The notes under the pieces: model-generated
Told to the model about the DNA's origin: nothing
Databases searched by the model: none
Seen by the model: the letters and a program-made list of their open reading frames with translations, nothing else
Shown: piece by piece, positions 9,585 to 17,346 of the stretch
Numbering within the stretch: position 1 is the first letter of the stretch
How the letters are laid out: every line of letters starts with the position of its first letter
NCBI GenBank assembly: GCA_028707125.1
Contig: JAQTUX010000002.1
Coordinates: 16,355 to 80,354 of the forward strand
DNA from: Candidatus Omnitrophota bacterium
GTDB lineage: Bacteria; Omnitrophota; Gorgyraeia; Gygaellales; JAQTUX01
Reading direction: 5' to 3'
Length of the DNA stretch: 64,000 nucleotides
Program-made: the position numbers and the translations under genes

Positions 9585-9784
9585 TAGTAGATTTGCGCCA
9601 TGCCTTTTAATGGCACAAATACCACAACGGGATTATTATAGCCCTTTTTTACTGCCTTTTTAAAGGCCTCCTGAGCAGTATCGCCGTAGCCGATAACCCT
9701 GGAATCATCAAAATCCCGCATCGCTACATATCTGCCGTTATATCTATTGCCTTTTATAAGCGTCTTTATCATTTTTATCACCAA
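9584..9784 (-). CDS. Small 66-aa protein that I recall as DUF5678-like, encoded upstream of the protease with an ATGA stop/start overlap.
   Basis: The sequence, including RYNGRYVAM ... VVFVP, resembles what I recall of the DUF5678 family. It is translationally coupled to the protease gene. A TTGGCA-17-TATAAT promoter ends about 10 nt before the ATG, so the transcript is probably leaderless. Confidence 0.5.
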   Translation of the reverse strand: MVIKMIKTLIKGNRYNGRYVAMRDFDDSRVIGYGDTAQEAFKKAVKKGYNNPVVVFVPLKGMAQIY

Positions 9785-9848
9785 TTTAATTATACAACAA
9801 TCTTGCTAATTTGCCAATGGTTTTCTTCTACAGGCAGGGCCCCTCTCT

Positions 9849-9880
9849 TGAGCGAGAAAAGCAACGGGTTCATAGCACAG
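9849..9880. repeat. 32-bp direct repeat DR2 (tgagcgagaaaagcaacgggttcatagcacag).
   Basis: Direct copy of DR1 at 9096-9127. Confidence 0.7.
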
Positions 9881-9890
9881 GGGTTATAAA

Positions 9891-9917
9891 CTTGAGGTGC
9901 CAAATTGGCACCTCAAG
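9891..9917 (-). terminator. Intrinsic terminator downstream of phoU.
   Basis: Perfect 11-bp stem with a 5-nt loop (cttgaggtgcc aaatt ggcacctcaag). On the minus strand it is followed by TTTAT, 15 nt after the phoU stop. Confidence 0.7.
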
Positions 9918-9931
9918 TTGGGGCGAGGGAT

Positions 9932-10600
9932 TTACTGCAATTTCTCGGGATGATGCCGGACGACTTCTGCCTGGACCATATAGATCACGTCCTCGGCGAT
10001 ATTGGTAGCGTGGTCGCATATGCGCTCCAGGAAACGGGCTATCAGCAACAGCTGGACAGCCCTGGGGGCCGTAGAGCCGTCCTTGACCATGTAATCTTCT
10101 ATGAGCTCCTTTTGTATCACATCGCGGAGCTGATCGGCCTGCGAATCAGACAACAGGACCTGCTTTGCCAGGGCGATATCCCCTTTTACGAACGCGTCTA
10201 TGGACATCTTTACCATATTCTGCGCCACAGCCGTCAGCCTGGGTATATCTATAAGCGGCTTTAACAGCGGCTTGTCCACTATCTCAAGTGTCCGCTGCGC
10301 TATATCCACGGCAATGTCCGCTATCCTTTCCAGTTCAGCGTTTATCTTCATACCGGTGGTGATAAAACGAAGATCCTTTGCCATCGGCTGATAGCGCGCT
10401 ATCAGATCAATGCACTTCTCATCCACGGACAATTCCAGCTTATCAATATCGGCGTCGTTGCTTATGACGCTCTTTACCATATCCTTATCCCGGCCCTTCA
10501 GCGCCTCTACTGATCTATAGATGGCCTCTTCTGCCAGGGCAGCCATCTTCAGGATCTCCTTGTTCAGTTCTTTCAACTCCTGGTCAACATGCCTTTCCAT
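9932..10600 (-). CDS. phoU: Phosphate transport system regulatory protein PhoU.
   Basis: Two PhoU repeats. The gene sits at the 3' end of the pst operon. Confidence 0.9.
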   Translation of the reverse strand: MERHVDQELKELNKEILKMAALAEEAIYRSVEALKGRDKDMVKSVISNDADIDKLELSVDEKCIDLIARYQPMAKDLRFITTGMKINAELERIADIAVDIAQRTLEIVDKPLLKPLIDIPRLTAVAQNMVKMSIDAFVKGDIALAKQVLLSDSQADQLRDVIQKELIEDYMVKDGSTAPRAVQLLLIARFLERICDHATNIAEDVIYMVQAEVVRHHPEKLQ

Positions 10601-10617
10601 TTTATACCTCCGATCAT

Positions 10618-11373
10618 TTATCCATACCTTCCGGTGATGTAATCTTCCGTGCGCTTGTCCTGCGGCGCGGTGAATATCTCCTGCGTCTTCCCGAACTCTA
10701 TCAGTTCGCCTAAAAGCATGAAGCCGGTATCGTCTGAAACGCGCGCCGCCTGCTGCATATTATGCGTGACTATTATTATAGTATAACTATTCTTCAATTC
10801 ACGCATTAATTCTTCAACCCTCGCGGTCGCCTGCGGGTCCAGGGTAGAACAGGGCTCATCCATTAACAGCACATCCGGCTTGACAGCGATAAGGCGGGCT
10901 ATGCAAAGGCGCTGCTTCTGCTCCAAAGACAGGCGCAATGCCGGCTCAGCCAGCCGGTCTTTTAATTCATCCCAGAGAAGCACGCCTTTCAAGCTTGTTT
11001 CAACTATCTCGTCCAGGCCGTCCCTGGTTATATTTTCCGCGTGTATCCTTTCTCCGAAAACAATATTCTCATAGATCGACAGCGGGAAAGGGTTGGGCCG
11101 CTGGAATACCATCCCTATCTTCTTGCGCAGGGCCACCAGGTCCGCGGCAGGGTCCAGGATATTGCCGCTGTCAACCAGGACCTGCCCGTGCGTGCGCACG
11201 CCATCGATCAGGTCATTCATCCGGTTGAACACCCTGAGCAAAGTGGACTTACCGCATCCTGAAGGGCCGATTATAGCAGTGATCCTGTTGGCCTCAAAGC
11301 CGGAGTTTATATTCTTCAAGGCGTGGAAGCTGCCGTACCAAAGGTTCAGGTCTCGCGTGGCGATCTTTGCCAT
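10618..11373 (-). CDS. pstB: Phosphate ABC transporter ATP-binding protein PstB-like, a paralog with a degenerate signature motif.
   Basis: Walker [10 protein letters not shown] and Walker [12 protein letters not shown] are intact. The ABC signature reads LSLEQKQRL instead of LSGGQQQRL. Confidence 0.85.
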   Translation of the reverse strand: MAKIATRDLNLWYGSFHALKNINSGFEANRITAIIGPSGCGKSTLLRVFNRMNDLIDGVRTHGQVLVDSGNILDPAADLVALRKKIGMVFQRPNPFPLSIYENIVFGERIHAENITRDGLDEIVETSLKGVLLWDELKDRLAEPALRLSLEQKQRLCIARLIAVKPDVLLMDEPCSTLDPQATARVEELMRELKNSYTIIIVTHNMQQAARVSDDTGFMLLGELIEFGKTQEIFTAPQDKRTEDYITGRYG

Positions 11374-12119
11374 TATCCGAATTTTCCCCTGATGTAACCG
11401 TCCGTGCGCTTGTCCCGCGGCGCGGTGAACATCCTGTCTGTATTGTCCAGCTCAACGAGCTCGCCGTTCAAGAAGAACGCTGTCTTGTCTGAGACCCTGG
11501 CTGCCTGCTTCACGTTGTTGGTCACCAGGACAATGGTGAATTTCTCCTTGAGCTTGACCATGGCGTCTTCCACCTTGGCGGTAGAGATAGGGTCAAGCCC
11601 TGAACAGGGTTCGTCAAACAGTATCACCTCGGGGCCGACCGCCAATGTCCTGGCAATGCAAAGGCGCTGCTGCTGGCCCCCTGATAATTTGAACGCTGAT
11701 TCGCCTAACCTGTCTTTGACCTCTTCCCAGAGATAGGCCTGCCGCAAGGTCTCTTCCACCCTCTCTTCCAATCTCCTCATTATTTTTTCCCCGTGTATCC
11801 TTAAACCGTACGCCACATTCTCAAATATGGATAAAGGCAGAGGCAGAGGCAGCGCGAAAACCATGCCTATCTTGCGGCGCAGTTCCTCTATTTCAATCCC
11901 GCGCACATCCTCTCGCTCAAATTCTACTGCTCCGGCCGCCCTGTAATTGACGTTGAGCTCATTAAGGCGGTTAAGCGTGCGCAGGAAGGTCGTCTTGCCG
12001 CTGTTAGCCGGCCCTATCACGCCCAGTATCTCATTGGACTGGATCTCCATATTGAGATGCCTTATGGACTGCAGCGGGCCAAACCATACATTCAGATCGT
12101 GTATCTCGAATTTTACCAT
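11373..12119 (-). CDS. pstB: Phosphate ABC transporter ATP-binding protein PstB (canonical).
   Basis: Walker [10 protein letters not shown], signature [13 protein letters not shown] and Walker [12 protein letters not shown]. Confidence 0.9.
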   Translation of the reverse strand: MVKFEIHDLNVWFGPLQSIRHLNMEIQSNEILGVIGPANSGKTTFLRTLNRLNELNVNYRAAGAVEFEREDVRGIEIEELRRKIGMVFALPLPLPLSIFENVAYGLRIHGEKIMRRLEERVEETLRQAYLWEEVKDRLGESAFKLSGGQQQRLCIARTLAVGPEVILFDEPCSGLDPISTAKVEDAMVKLKEKFTIVLVTNNVKQAARVSDKTAFFLNGELVELDNTDRMFTAPRDKRTDGYIRGKFG

Positions 12120-12964
12120 TTCTTTTTCTTCCTGAACTTATAGCGTATTATTATGGCCACCAGATTCATTATCAAGACCAGCGCCAGCAGAACAAACGCC
12201 GTGCCATACCTTACCTTCTCATCAACGTTGGGCACCTGCGTGGAAATTACGTAAAGGTGGTAAGGCAGGGCCATTGCCTGGTCAAAGATGGAATTGGGCA
12301 ATTTCGGCAGATAAAATGCCGCCACGGTAAAAAGGATCGGGGCTGTTTCTCCCGCGGCCCTTCCCAGCCCCAGGATCGTCCCGGTCAATATGCCGGGTAT
12401 GGCGTTGGGAAGGACGATGTGCCTTATGGTCTGCCATTTGCTGGCGCCCAAAGACAAACTCACCTCCCGAAATGACTGCGGAACGCTCTCCAGCGCCTCG
12501 CGCGAGGTCGTGATGATCACCGGAAGGATCATTATCCCCAGGGTAAGCGAACCGGAAATGATCGAGGCGCCGAACTTGAAGAATACCACAAAAAGCGCCA
12601 GGCCAAAAAGCCCGTAGACCACCGAAGGCACGCCTGCCAGGTTCACGATAGCCAATTTTATGATGCGGGTAAGATGGTTATCTCTGGAATATTCGCTCAA
12701 GTATATAGCTGCCAGAAGGCCTATGGGCAAGGCGAAGATAATGGCGCCCGCTACCAGATATATCGTCCCAACGATCGCCGGGAATATGCCGCCGGCGCGC
12801 ATACCCTGCCTCGGTATGTCCGAAAGGAACTGCCAGTTGATCGCGGGCAGGCCTTTCTGGATAATGACCACAACGATCAGGCCAACCGGCACAACTATCA
12901 GCAGCGTGGCCAGGAATAAAAAGAAAAAGGCGATATTTTGCGTTCTGTAGGAATTCCTCATCAT
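12113..12964 (-). CDS. pstA: Phosphate ABC transporter permease PstA.
   Basis: Multi-TM permease with the PstA-type loop (LGASKWQTIRHIVLPNAIPGILTG). Confidence 0.9.
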   Translation of the reverse strand: MMRNSYRTQNIAFFFLFLATLLIVVPVGLIVVVIIQKGLPAINWQFLSDIPRQGMRAGGIFPAIVGTIYLVAGAIIFALPIGLLAAIYLSEYSRDNHLTRIIKLAIVNLAGVPSVVYGLFGLALFVVFFKFGASIISGSLTLGIMILPVIITTSREALESVPQSFREVSLSLGASKWQTIRHIVLPNAIPGILTGTILGLGRAAGETAPILFTVAAFYLPKLPNSIFDQAMALPYHLYVISTQVPNVDEKVRYGTAFVLLALVLIMNLVAIIIRYKFRKKKKW

Positions 12965-13848
12965 TGCCTCTTATGCAGGCAGAGGTCCGCGGTCACGTTA
13001 ATGGCAAAGCTGATGACAAACAGGACTATGCCGACGGCGAACAAGGCAAAATAATGCTCGCTGCCTACTACCGCCTCGCCCATTTCAGCGGCAATGGTGG
13101 CGGTCAAAGTCCTGACCGGCGCTAAAATGCTGTTGGGCATGGCCGCGGCATTGCCGGTGATCATCATTACCGCCATTGTCTCGCCGATCACCCTGCCTAT
13201 CCCCAGCATGATCGCCGCGAGTATGCCGCTTGATGCCGCCGGAAGCATCACCCGCCATATCGCCTGCCAGTGTGTAGCGCCCAGGGCGAGGGCGCCTTCC
13301 TTATATGTCTTCGGCACCGAATACAACGCGTCTTCGGCGATGGAAACTATCGTGGGCATGGCCATAAATGCCAGCATTATTGAGCCGGATAAGGCGGTCA
13401 GGCCTGTCGGCAGATGAAATACCGCCTTTACCAGGGGGACGAGCGTTACCATACCGATAAATCCCAGGACAACGCTGGGAATGGCCGCCAATAATTCGAT
13501 ACCCGCCTTAAGCGTCTCTTTGGTCTTTAACGGGGCTATCTCGGCTATATAGATCGCGCAGCCCACGCCTATCGGTAGAGAAATTACCGCCGCCCCCAGG
13601 GTAACCAGCAAAGAGCCGAGGATCAAAGGCAGTATCCCCAACTGCGGCGGCTCGGATATCGGATACCAGCTCTTTCCCAGGAGGAATTTAAAAGGGCCTA
13701 TGGTCTTAAATACCGCCAGCCCTTCCTTGAGCAGGAACAGAAAAATCAGCGCCACAAAGAATACCGAAGCCAGGCCGCAGATGAATATAAGTTTTTCAAT
13801 AAGGGATTCTTTGAACTTGCGCATAGTCCTATTTTTTAACCGGAACAA
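12961..13848 (-). CDS. pstC: Phosphate ABC transporter permease PstC.
   Basis: Multi-TM permease with the PstC-type loop (LGATHWQAIWRVMLPAASSGI). Confidence 0.9.
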   Translation of the reverse strand: MFRLKNRTMRKFKESLIEKLIFICGLASVFFVALIFLFLLKEGLAVFKTIGPFKFLLGKSWYPISEPPQLGILPLILGSLLVTLGAAVISLPIGVGCAIYIAEIAPLKTKETLKAGIELLAAIPSVVLGFIGMVTLVPLVKAVFHLPTGLTALSGSIMLAFMAMPTIVSIAEDALYSVPKTYKEGALALGATHWQAIWRVMLPAASSGILAAIMLGIGRVIGETMAVMMITGNAAAMPNSILAPVRTLTATIAAEMGEAVVGSEHYFALFAVGIVLFVISFAINVTADLCLHKRQ

Positions 13849-14683
13849 AATCGGTCTTCAGCACGATCTCCTGGCCTTCTTTTGAAAGAATAAAATCAAT
13901 AAATTTTTTGACCAGCCCATCCGGCTCTCCGTTAGTGTATATGAATAAGGGCCGGGAAATGGGATAGGCGCCGCTCAAAACATTGTCTATCGCGGGCTCA
14001 ATATATTCCGACTTTTCGTCTTTGGCCACGGCTACCGGCTTTTGCTTAGGCGAAATATAGCCCATTCCATAATAACCGATGGCGGCGGGATTGCCTGCCA
14101 CCTCATCGGCGATCGCCTGAGAAGATGAAAGCATCAGCGCCGTAGGGGCAAATTCCTCTTTGCTGCCAGGGTCGTTCTTCCTTAATACGTGCTCCTTAAA
14201 ATAAACATGGGTGCCGGAATTGACTTCGCGCGAAAGCACCACTATCTTCTCATCCCCGCCCCCCACCTGCTTCCAGTTAGTAACCCTGCCGGTAAAGATA
14301 TCGGCCAGCTGCGCCAGGGTAAGTTTAGCGGCGGGATTAGCCGGATTCACTATCACCGCGAGGCCGTCTAATCCGACTTTTATTTCGTTGGGATTGATGC
14401 CTTTCTGCCTGGCAAGGGCGATCTCCTTTTCCTTGATATTCCTGGAACTCATGGCTATATCGCAGGTGCCGCTTATCAGGCTTGACAGGCCTGTGCCTGA
14501 GCCGCCGCCCGTAACCGCCACAAAATCGCCGGCGTTATCCTCCATATACTTTTCAGCCCAGGCCTGGCCCAGGTTCACCATCGTATCCGAGCCTTTGACC
14601 TGTATGGAATTTTCATCCCTTGCCGCGGACGCGGAAGCCGCGAACATGGCCGCGATCAGAACAAATGCCCATGTTTTAAACAT
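13829..14683 (-). CDS. pstS: Phosphate-binding protein PstS.
   Basis: Signal peptide plus a PBP-like fold. The N-terminal region after the signal peptide reads GSDTM, a PstS hallmark. Confidence 0.9.
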   Translation of the reverse strand: MFKTWAFVLIAAMFAASASAARDENSIQVKGSDTMVNLGQAWAEKYMEDNAGDFVAVTGGGSGTGLSSLISGTCDIAMSSRNIKEKEIALARQKGINPNEIKVGLDGLAVIVNPANPAAKLTLAQLADIFTGRVTNWKQVGGGDEKIVVLSREVNSGTHVYFKEHVLRKNDPGSKEEFAPTALMLSSSQAIADEVAGNPAAIGYYGMGYISPKQKPVAVAKDEKSEYIEPAIDNVLSGAYPISRPLFIYTNGEPDGLVKKFIDFILSKEGQEIVLKTDFVPVKK

Positions 14684-14723
14684 ATTTTCCTCCTTATTTT
14701 TTGTTTTCTTTATTAATTATATC

Positions 14724-14773
14724 GTATCTATATTAGATATAGATGAAGTTAATGTAAAATCTATGTAAAATCT
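14724..14773 (-). promoter_or_regulatory. Pho-box-like operator and promoter upstream of pstS.
   Basis: Two perfect 11-bp tandem direct repeats (minus strand: TAGATTTTACA TAGATTTTACA, then the degenerate TTAACTTCATC). The TTTACA half-sites have 11-bp periodicity, like PhoB/PhoP boxes. The palindrome atctatattagatatagat and a TATAAT -10 follow. Confidence 0.6.
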
Positions 14774-15425
14774 AGAAAACAAGCTTTAGCTTAATTCCCA
14801 GCACATTGGCGTCTTTCCACTCCCCTGAACTCCTGCTGCTTTGCAATAAATAGTAAACCTCACTTTTTATATTCCCGTTAATGGCAAGGCCAAAACCGGA
14901 ATACAGCCTGTTCCTGCTTAGCGAGCCGTCATCTAATTCAACGAAGATTTCATCCGCCACATAAGGCTGGATCTCAAACTTTGTCAATTTCCAGGGAAAC
15001 TTTACGGCAAACTTATTACGGTACCTCCAGGTATCAGCTTGATAATCGAAATGCCGGTACTCAATGCGGTTACGGTCGTCAAGTTTAAATCCGTATAATT
15101 CATATTTTAGCGCCGCGTTCAAATGAGGCCTGTTCTCATCTTTGAATTTACCTTTCTTTTTTTCATAGGCCTGCCTGTAGGCGATCCCCAAATCAAGATG
15201 CTTGTTCAAGCTGTATATAAAACCCGCGTCATAGTGGTGATAATAGAAATCACCGGCATCATCTCCCCAGCGGAATTCTTCTTCCAGGGTTATCTTTGAC
15301 TCTTTGTTAACCTTAAATTCCTGGTTTTCTGTATGCCATATTTGAAAGTCACCGTCATCATAAGCATAAACCTTTACTGCTAAAACTAAAACCATGCTGG
15401 TTATCATAAAAATAACCTTCTTCAT
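14772..15425 (-). CDS. Small outer-membrane beta-barrel protein (DUF2490-like), a candidate phosphate-starvation-induced porin.
   Basis: Signal peptide MKKVIFMITSMVLVLAVKVYA. The protein has an alternating amphipathic beta pattern and ends in a C-terminal Phe (LKLVF), an OMP signature. A Pho-box-like repeat lies upstream. The likely start is the ATG at 15425, after AGGAGGGG. Confidence 0.6.
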   Translation of the reverse strand: MKKVIFMITSMVLVLAVKVYAYDDGDFQIWHTENQEFKVNKESKITLEEEFRWGDDAGDFYYHHYDAGFIYSLNKHLDLGIAYRQAYEKKKGKFKDENRPHLNAALKYELYGFKLDDRNRIEYRHFDYQADTWRYRNKFAVKFPWKLTKFEIQPYVADEIFVELDDGSLSRNRLYSGFGLAINGNIKSEVYYLLQSSRSSGEWKDANVLGIKLKLVF

Positions 15426-15493
15426 ATTCCCCTCCTTTTTTTTAATCCTGAAATAAGTATACAATGGGCATATTAAATCCGCTTCAAGGAGAA

Positions 15494-15515
15494 GTAAAAT
15501 GCAGGTAAAATGTTT
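15494..15515 (-). promoter_or_regulatory. Pho-box-like direct repeats upstream of the small OMP gene.
   Basis: Minus strand: CATTTTAC ctg CATTTTAC. The same ATTTTAC half-site recurs with 11-bp spacing, as upstream of pstS. Confidence 0.5.
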
Positions 15516-15521
15516 TTGGAG

Positions 15522-16622
15522 TTATTCAGGAAGGGAAAAATGGAATTTTGAGCCCAGGCCTTCGGTGCTTTCCACGCCGACTGAACCGCCGTGGAGCTCA
15601 ACAATGTGTTTAACGATAGAAAGCCCGAGGCCGGTCCCGCCGAGTTCGCGGGAGCGGGCTTTATCTACGCGGTAGAAACGTTCAAAAATACGGGGGGCAT
15701 CTTTCGCGGGGATGCCGATCCCGGAATCCTCCACGAATATTTTTATTTCGCCGCCTGAATACCGGCTGTATATTTTAACCGTGCCGTCCTGCCGGTTGAA
15801 TTTGATCGCGTTGTCAATAAGGTTAGTCATGACCTGGCTGATCTTACCTTCATCCGCCTTGATTAATAAATCCGGAGGCAGATCATTGACGGCTGAAACA
15901 GATCTTTTCTTCAAGTGAGATTTGAAACCCGCCAATATGTCGTCGGCAAGTTTCCTGATATTCACTTCCTTTTTCTCAAGCGCCGCTGCCTTTGATTCCA
16001 GATAAGACAAATCCAGCAGGTCATTGACTAAACTATCCAGGCGGTCGGTGTGATCCTGAATAATCCGCAGGAAATGCCGGCTGTTTTCTTTATCCTCTAA
16101 CGCGCCTTCAAGGAGCGTCTCCACAAAGCCCTTTATGGAAGTGAGCGGCGTCTTTAATTCGTGCGATACATTGGCTACAAAATCAGAGCGCACCTGTTCT
16201 AATTTCCTTATCTCGGTAATGTCGTGTATGACTATCAGGCAGCCGCTTACCCTGCCGTTCTCAAGTATGGGCGAAGCGTTAACCTGGAATATCCGCTGAA
16301 CAGGCCAGACAAGATCAAGTTCCTGAGAAATAAAATCCCCGTTTTTTAATACCTTCTGCATGACCTCTACGATGTCGTTATTGCGGACCGCCTCTAAAAA
16401 AAATCTGCCTTCGCTTTCTCTCTTCAGGATGCCGAATATCTTCTCCGCCGAAGAATTAATGGAAACTATCCTTGTGTCCCTGTTGACTATAATTACCCCC
16501 TCTACCATGCTCTCCAGCACAGTCCGGATAGAATTATACCGCGCCTCCAGCTTGTTCATCTCCTTAGAGGCGTGATCCAGTTCCTCTTTTAATTTTCTTA
16601 TCCTGGCCCTGTCCCCGAACAT
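15522..16622 (-). CDS. phoR: Phosphate regulon sensor histidine kinase PhoR-like (PAS-HisKA-HATPase, no obvious TM segment).
   Basis: H-box SHELKTPLTSIKG, plus N, G1 and G2 boxes (GGTGLGLSIVK). It is adjacent to phoB. Confidence 0.85.
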   Translation of the reverse strand: MFGDRARIRKLKEELDHASKEMNKLEARYNSIRTVLESMVEGVIIVNRDTRIVSINSSAEKIFGILKRESEGRFFLEAVRNNDIVEVMQKVLKNGDFISQELDLVWPVQRIFQVNASPILENGRVSGCLIVIHDITEIRKLEQVRSDFVANVSHELKTPLTSIKGFVETLLEGALEDKENSRHFLRIIQDHTDRLDSLVNDLLDLSYLESKAAALEKKEVNIRKLADDILAGFKSHLKKRSVSAVNDLPPDLLIKADEGKISQVMTNLIDNAIKFNRQDGTVKIYSRYSGGEIKIFVEDSGIGIPAKDAPRIFERFYRVDKARSRELGGTGLGLSIVKHIVELHGGSVGVESTEGLGSKFHFSLPE

Positions 16623-16625
16623 AAC

Positions 16626-17318
16626 TTACTCCTCCGCCTCAAACCTGTAGCCGTAATTTTTCACGGTAATGATCCGCCTTGCCTCAGTTCTTAATTTCGC
16701 GCGCAAAGTCCTGATATGCACATCCACGGTGCGGGTCTGGATTTCAATCGCGTGGTCAAACCCCCAGATGGTATCCAGCAGATAATCGCGCGATAAGACC
16801 CTGCCTTTGGCCTTGATCAGCGTCTTCAATAATTCAAATTCTTTGGCAGTAAGCGCTGCCGTCCTGCCTTTGACAGAAACCAGGATCTTGGAAAAATCCA
16901 TGGTCAAACCCCCTATCTTGAGCACTTCCGGCAGATTCCCTTTATCCTGCACCCTGCGCAGGACCGCTTTCACCCGGGCTATTAACTCCCTGGGACTGAA
17001 CGGCTTGGTGATGTAGTCGTCAGCGCCTAATTCCAAACCCAGGATCTTATCCGCCTCCTGGGCCTTAGCAGTCAGCATAACTATAGGAATTATGGCGGTC
17101 CTGCCTTCCTTCTTCAATATCTTGCAAACCTCTAAGCCGTCTATTCCCGGCAGCATTAAATCCAAAATGATCAGATCCGGGTGCTCTCTCCTGGCTAAAC
17201 TTAATGCGGCTTCGCCGTCATAGCAGGAAAGCGTCCTGAAGCCATCCTTTTTGAGATTATAGTCAAGCATCTTGACTATATCTCTTTCGTCCTCTACTAT
17301 CAATATCTTTTCTTTCAT
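16626..17318 (-). CDS. phoB: OmpR-family response regulator PhoB-like.
   Basis: Receiver domain (DDERDI ... LMLPGIDG) plus a winged-helix trans_reg_C domain. Confidence 0.88.
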   Translation of the reverse strand: MKEKILIVEDERDIVKMLDYNLKKDGFRTLSCYDGEAALSLARREHPDLIILDLMLPGIDGLEVCKILKKEGRTAIIPIVMLTAKAQEADKILGLELGADDYITKPFSPRELIARVKAVLRRVQDKGNLPEVLKIGGLTMDFSKILVSVKGRTAALTAKEFELLKTLIKAKGRVLSRDYLLDTIWGFDHAIEIQTRTVDVHIRTLRAKLRTEARRIITVKNYGYRFEAEE

Positions 17319-17346
17319 TCCGTCTTAACTCCTTTATGGCGCTGAT

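Noticed and set aside
14741-14773. Perfect 11-bp tandem repeats (atgtaaaatct x2) considered as a mini CRISPR or other array.
   Set aside because: There are only two or three units with no spacers, placed exactly at -35 relative to a TATAAT upstream of pstS. The same half-site recurs upstream of the neighbouring Pho-context gene. They fit Pho-box operator repeats much better.
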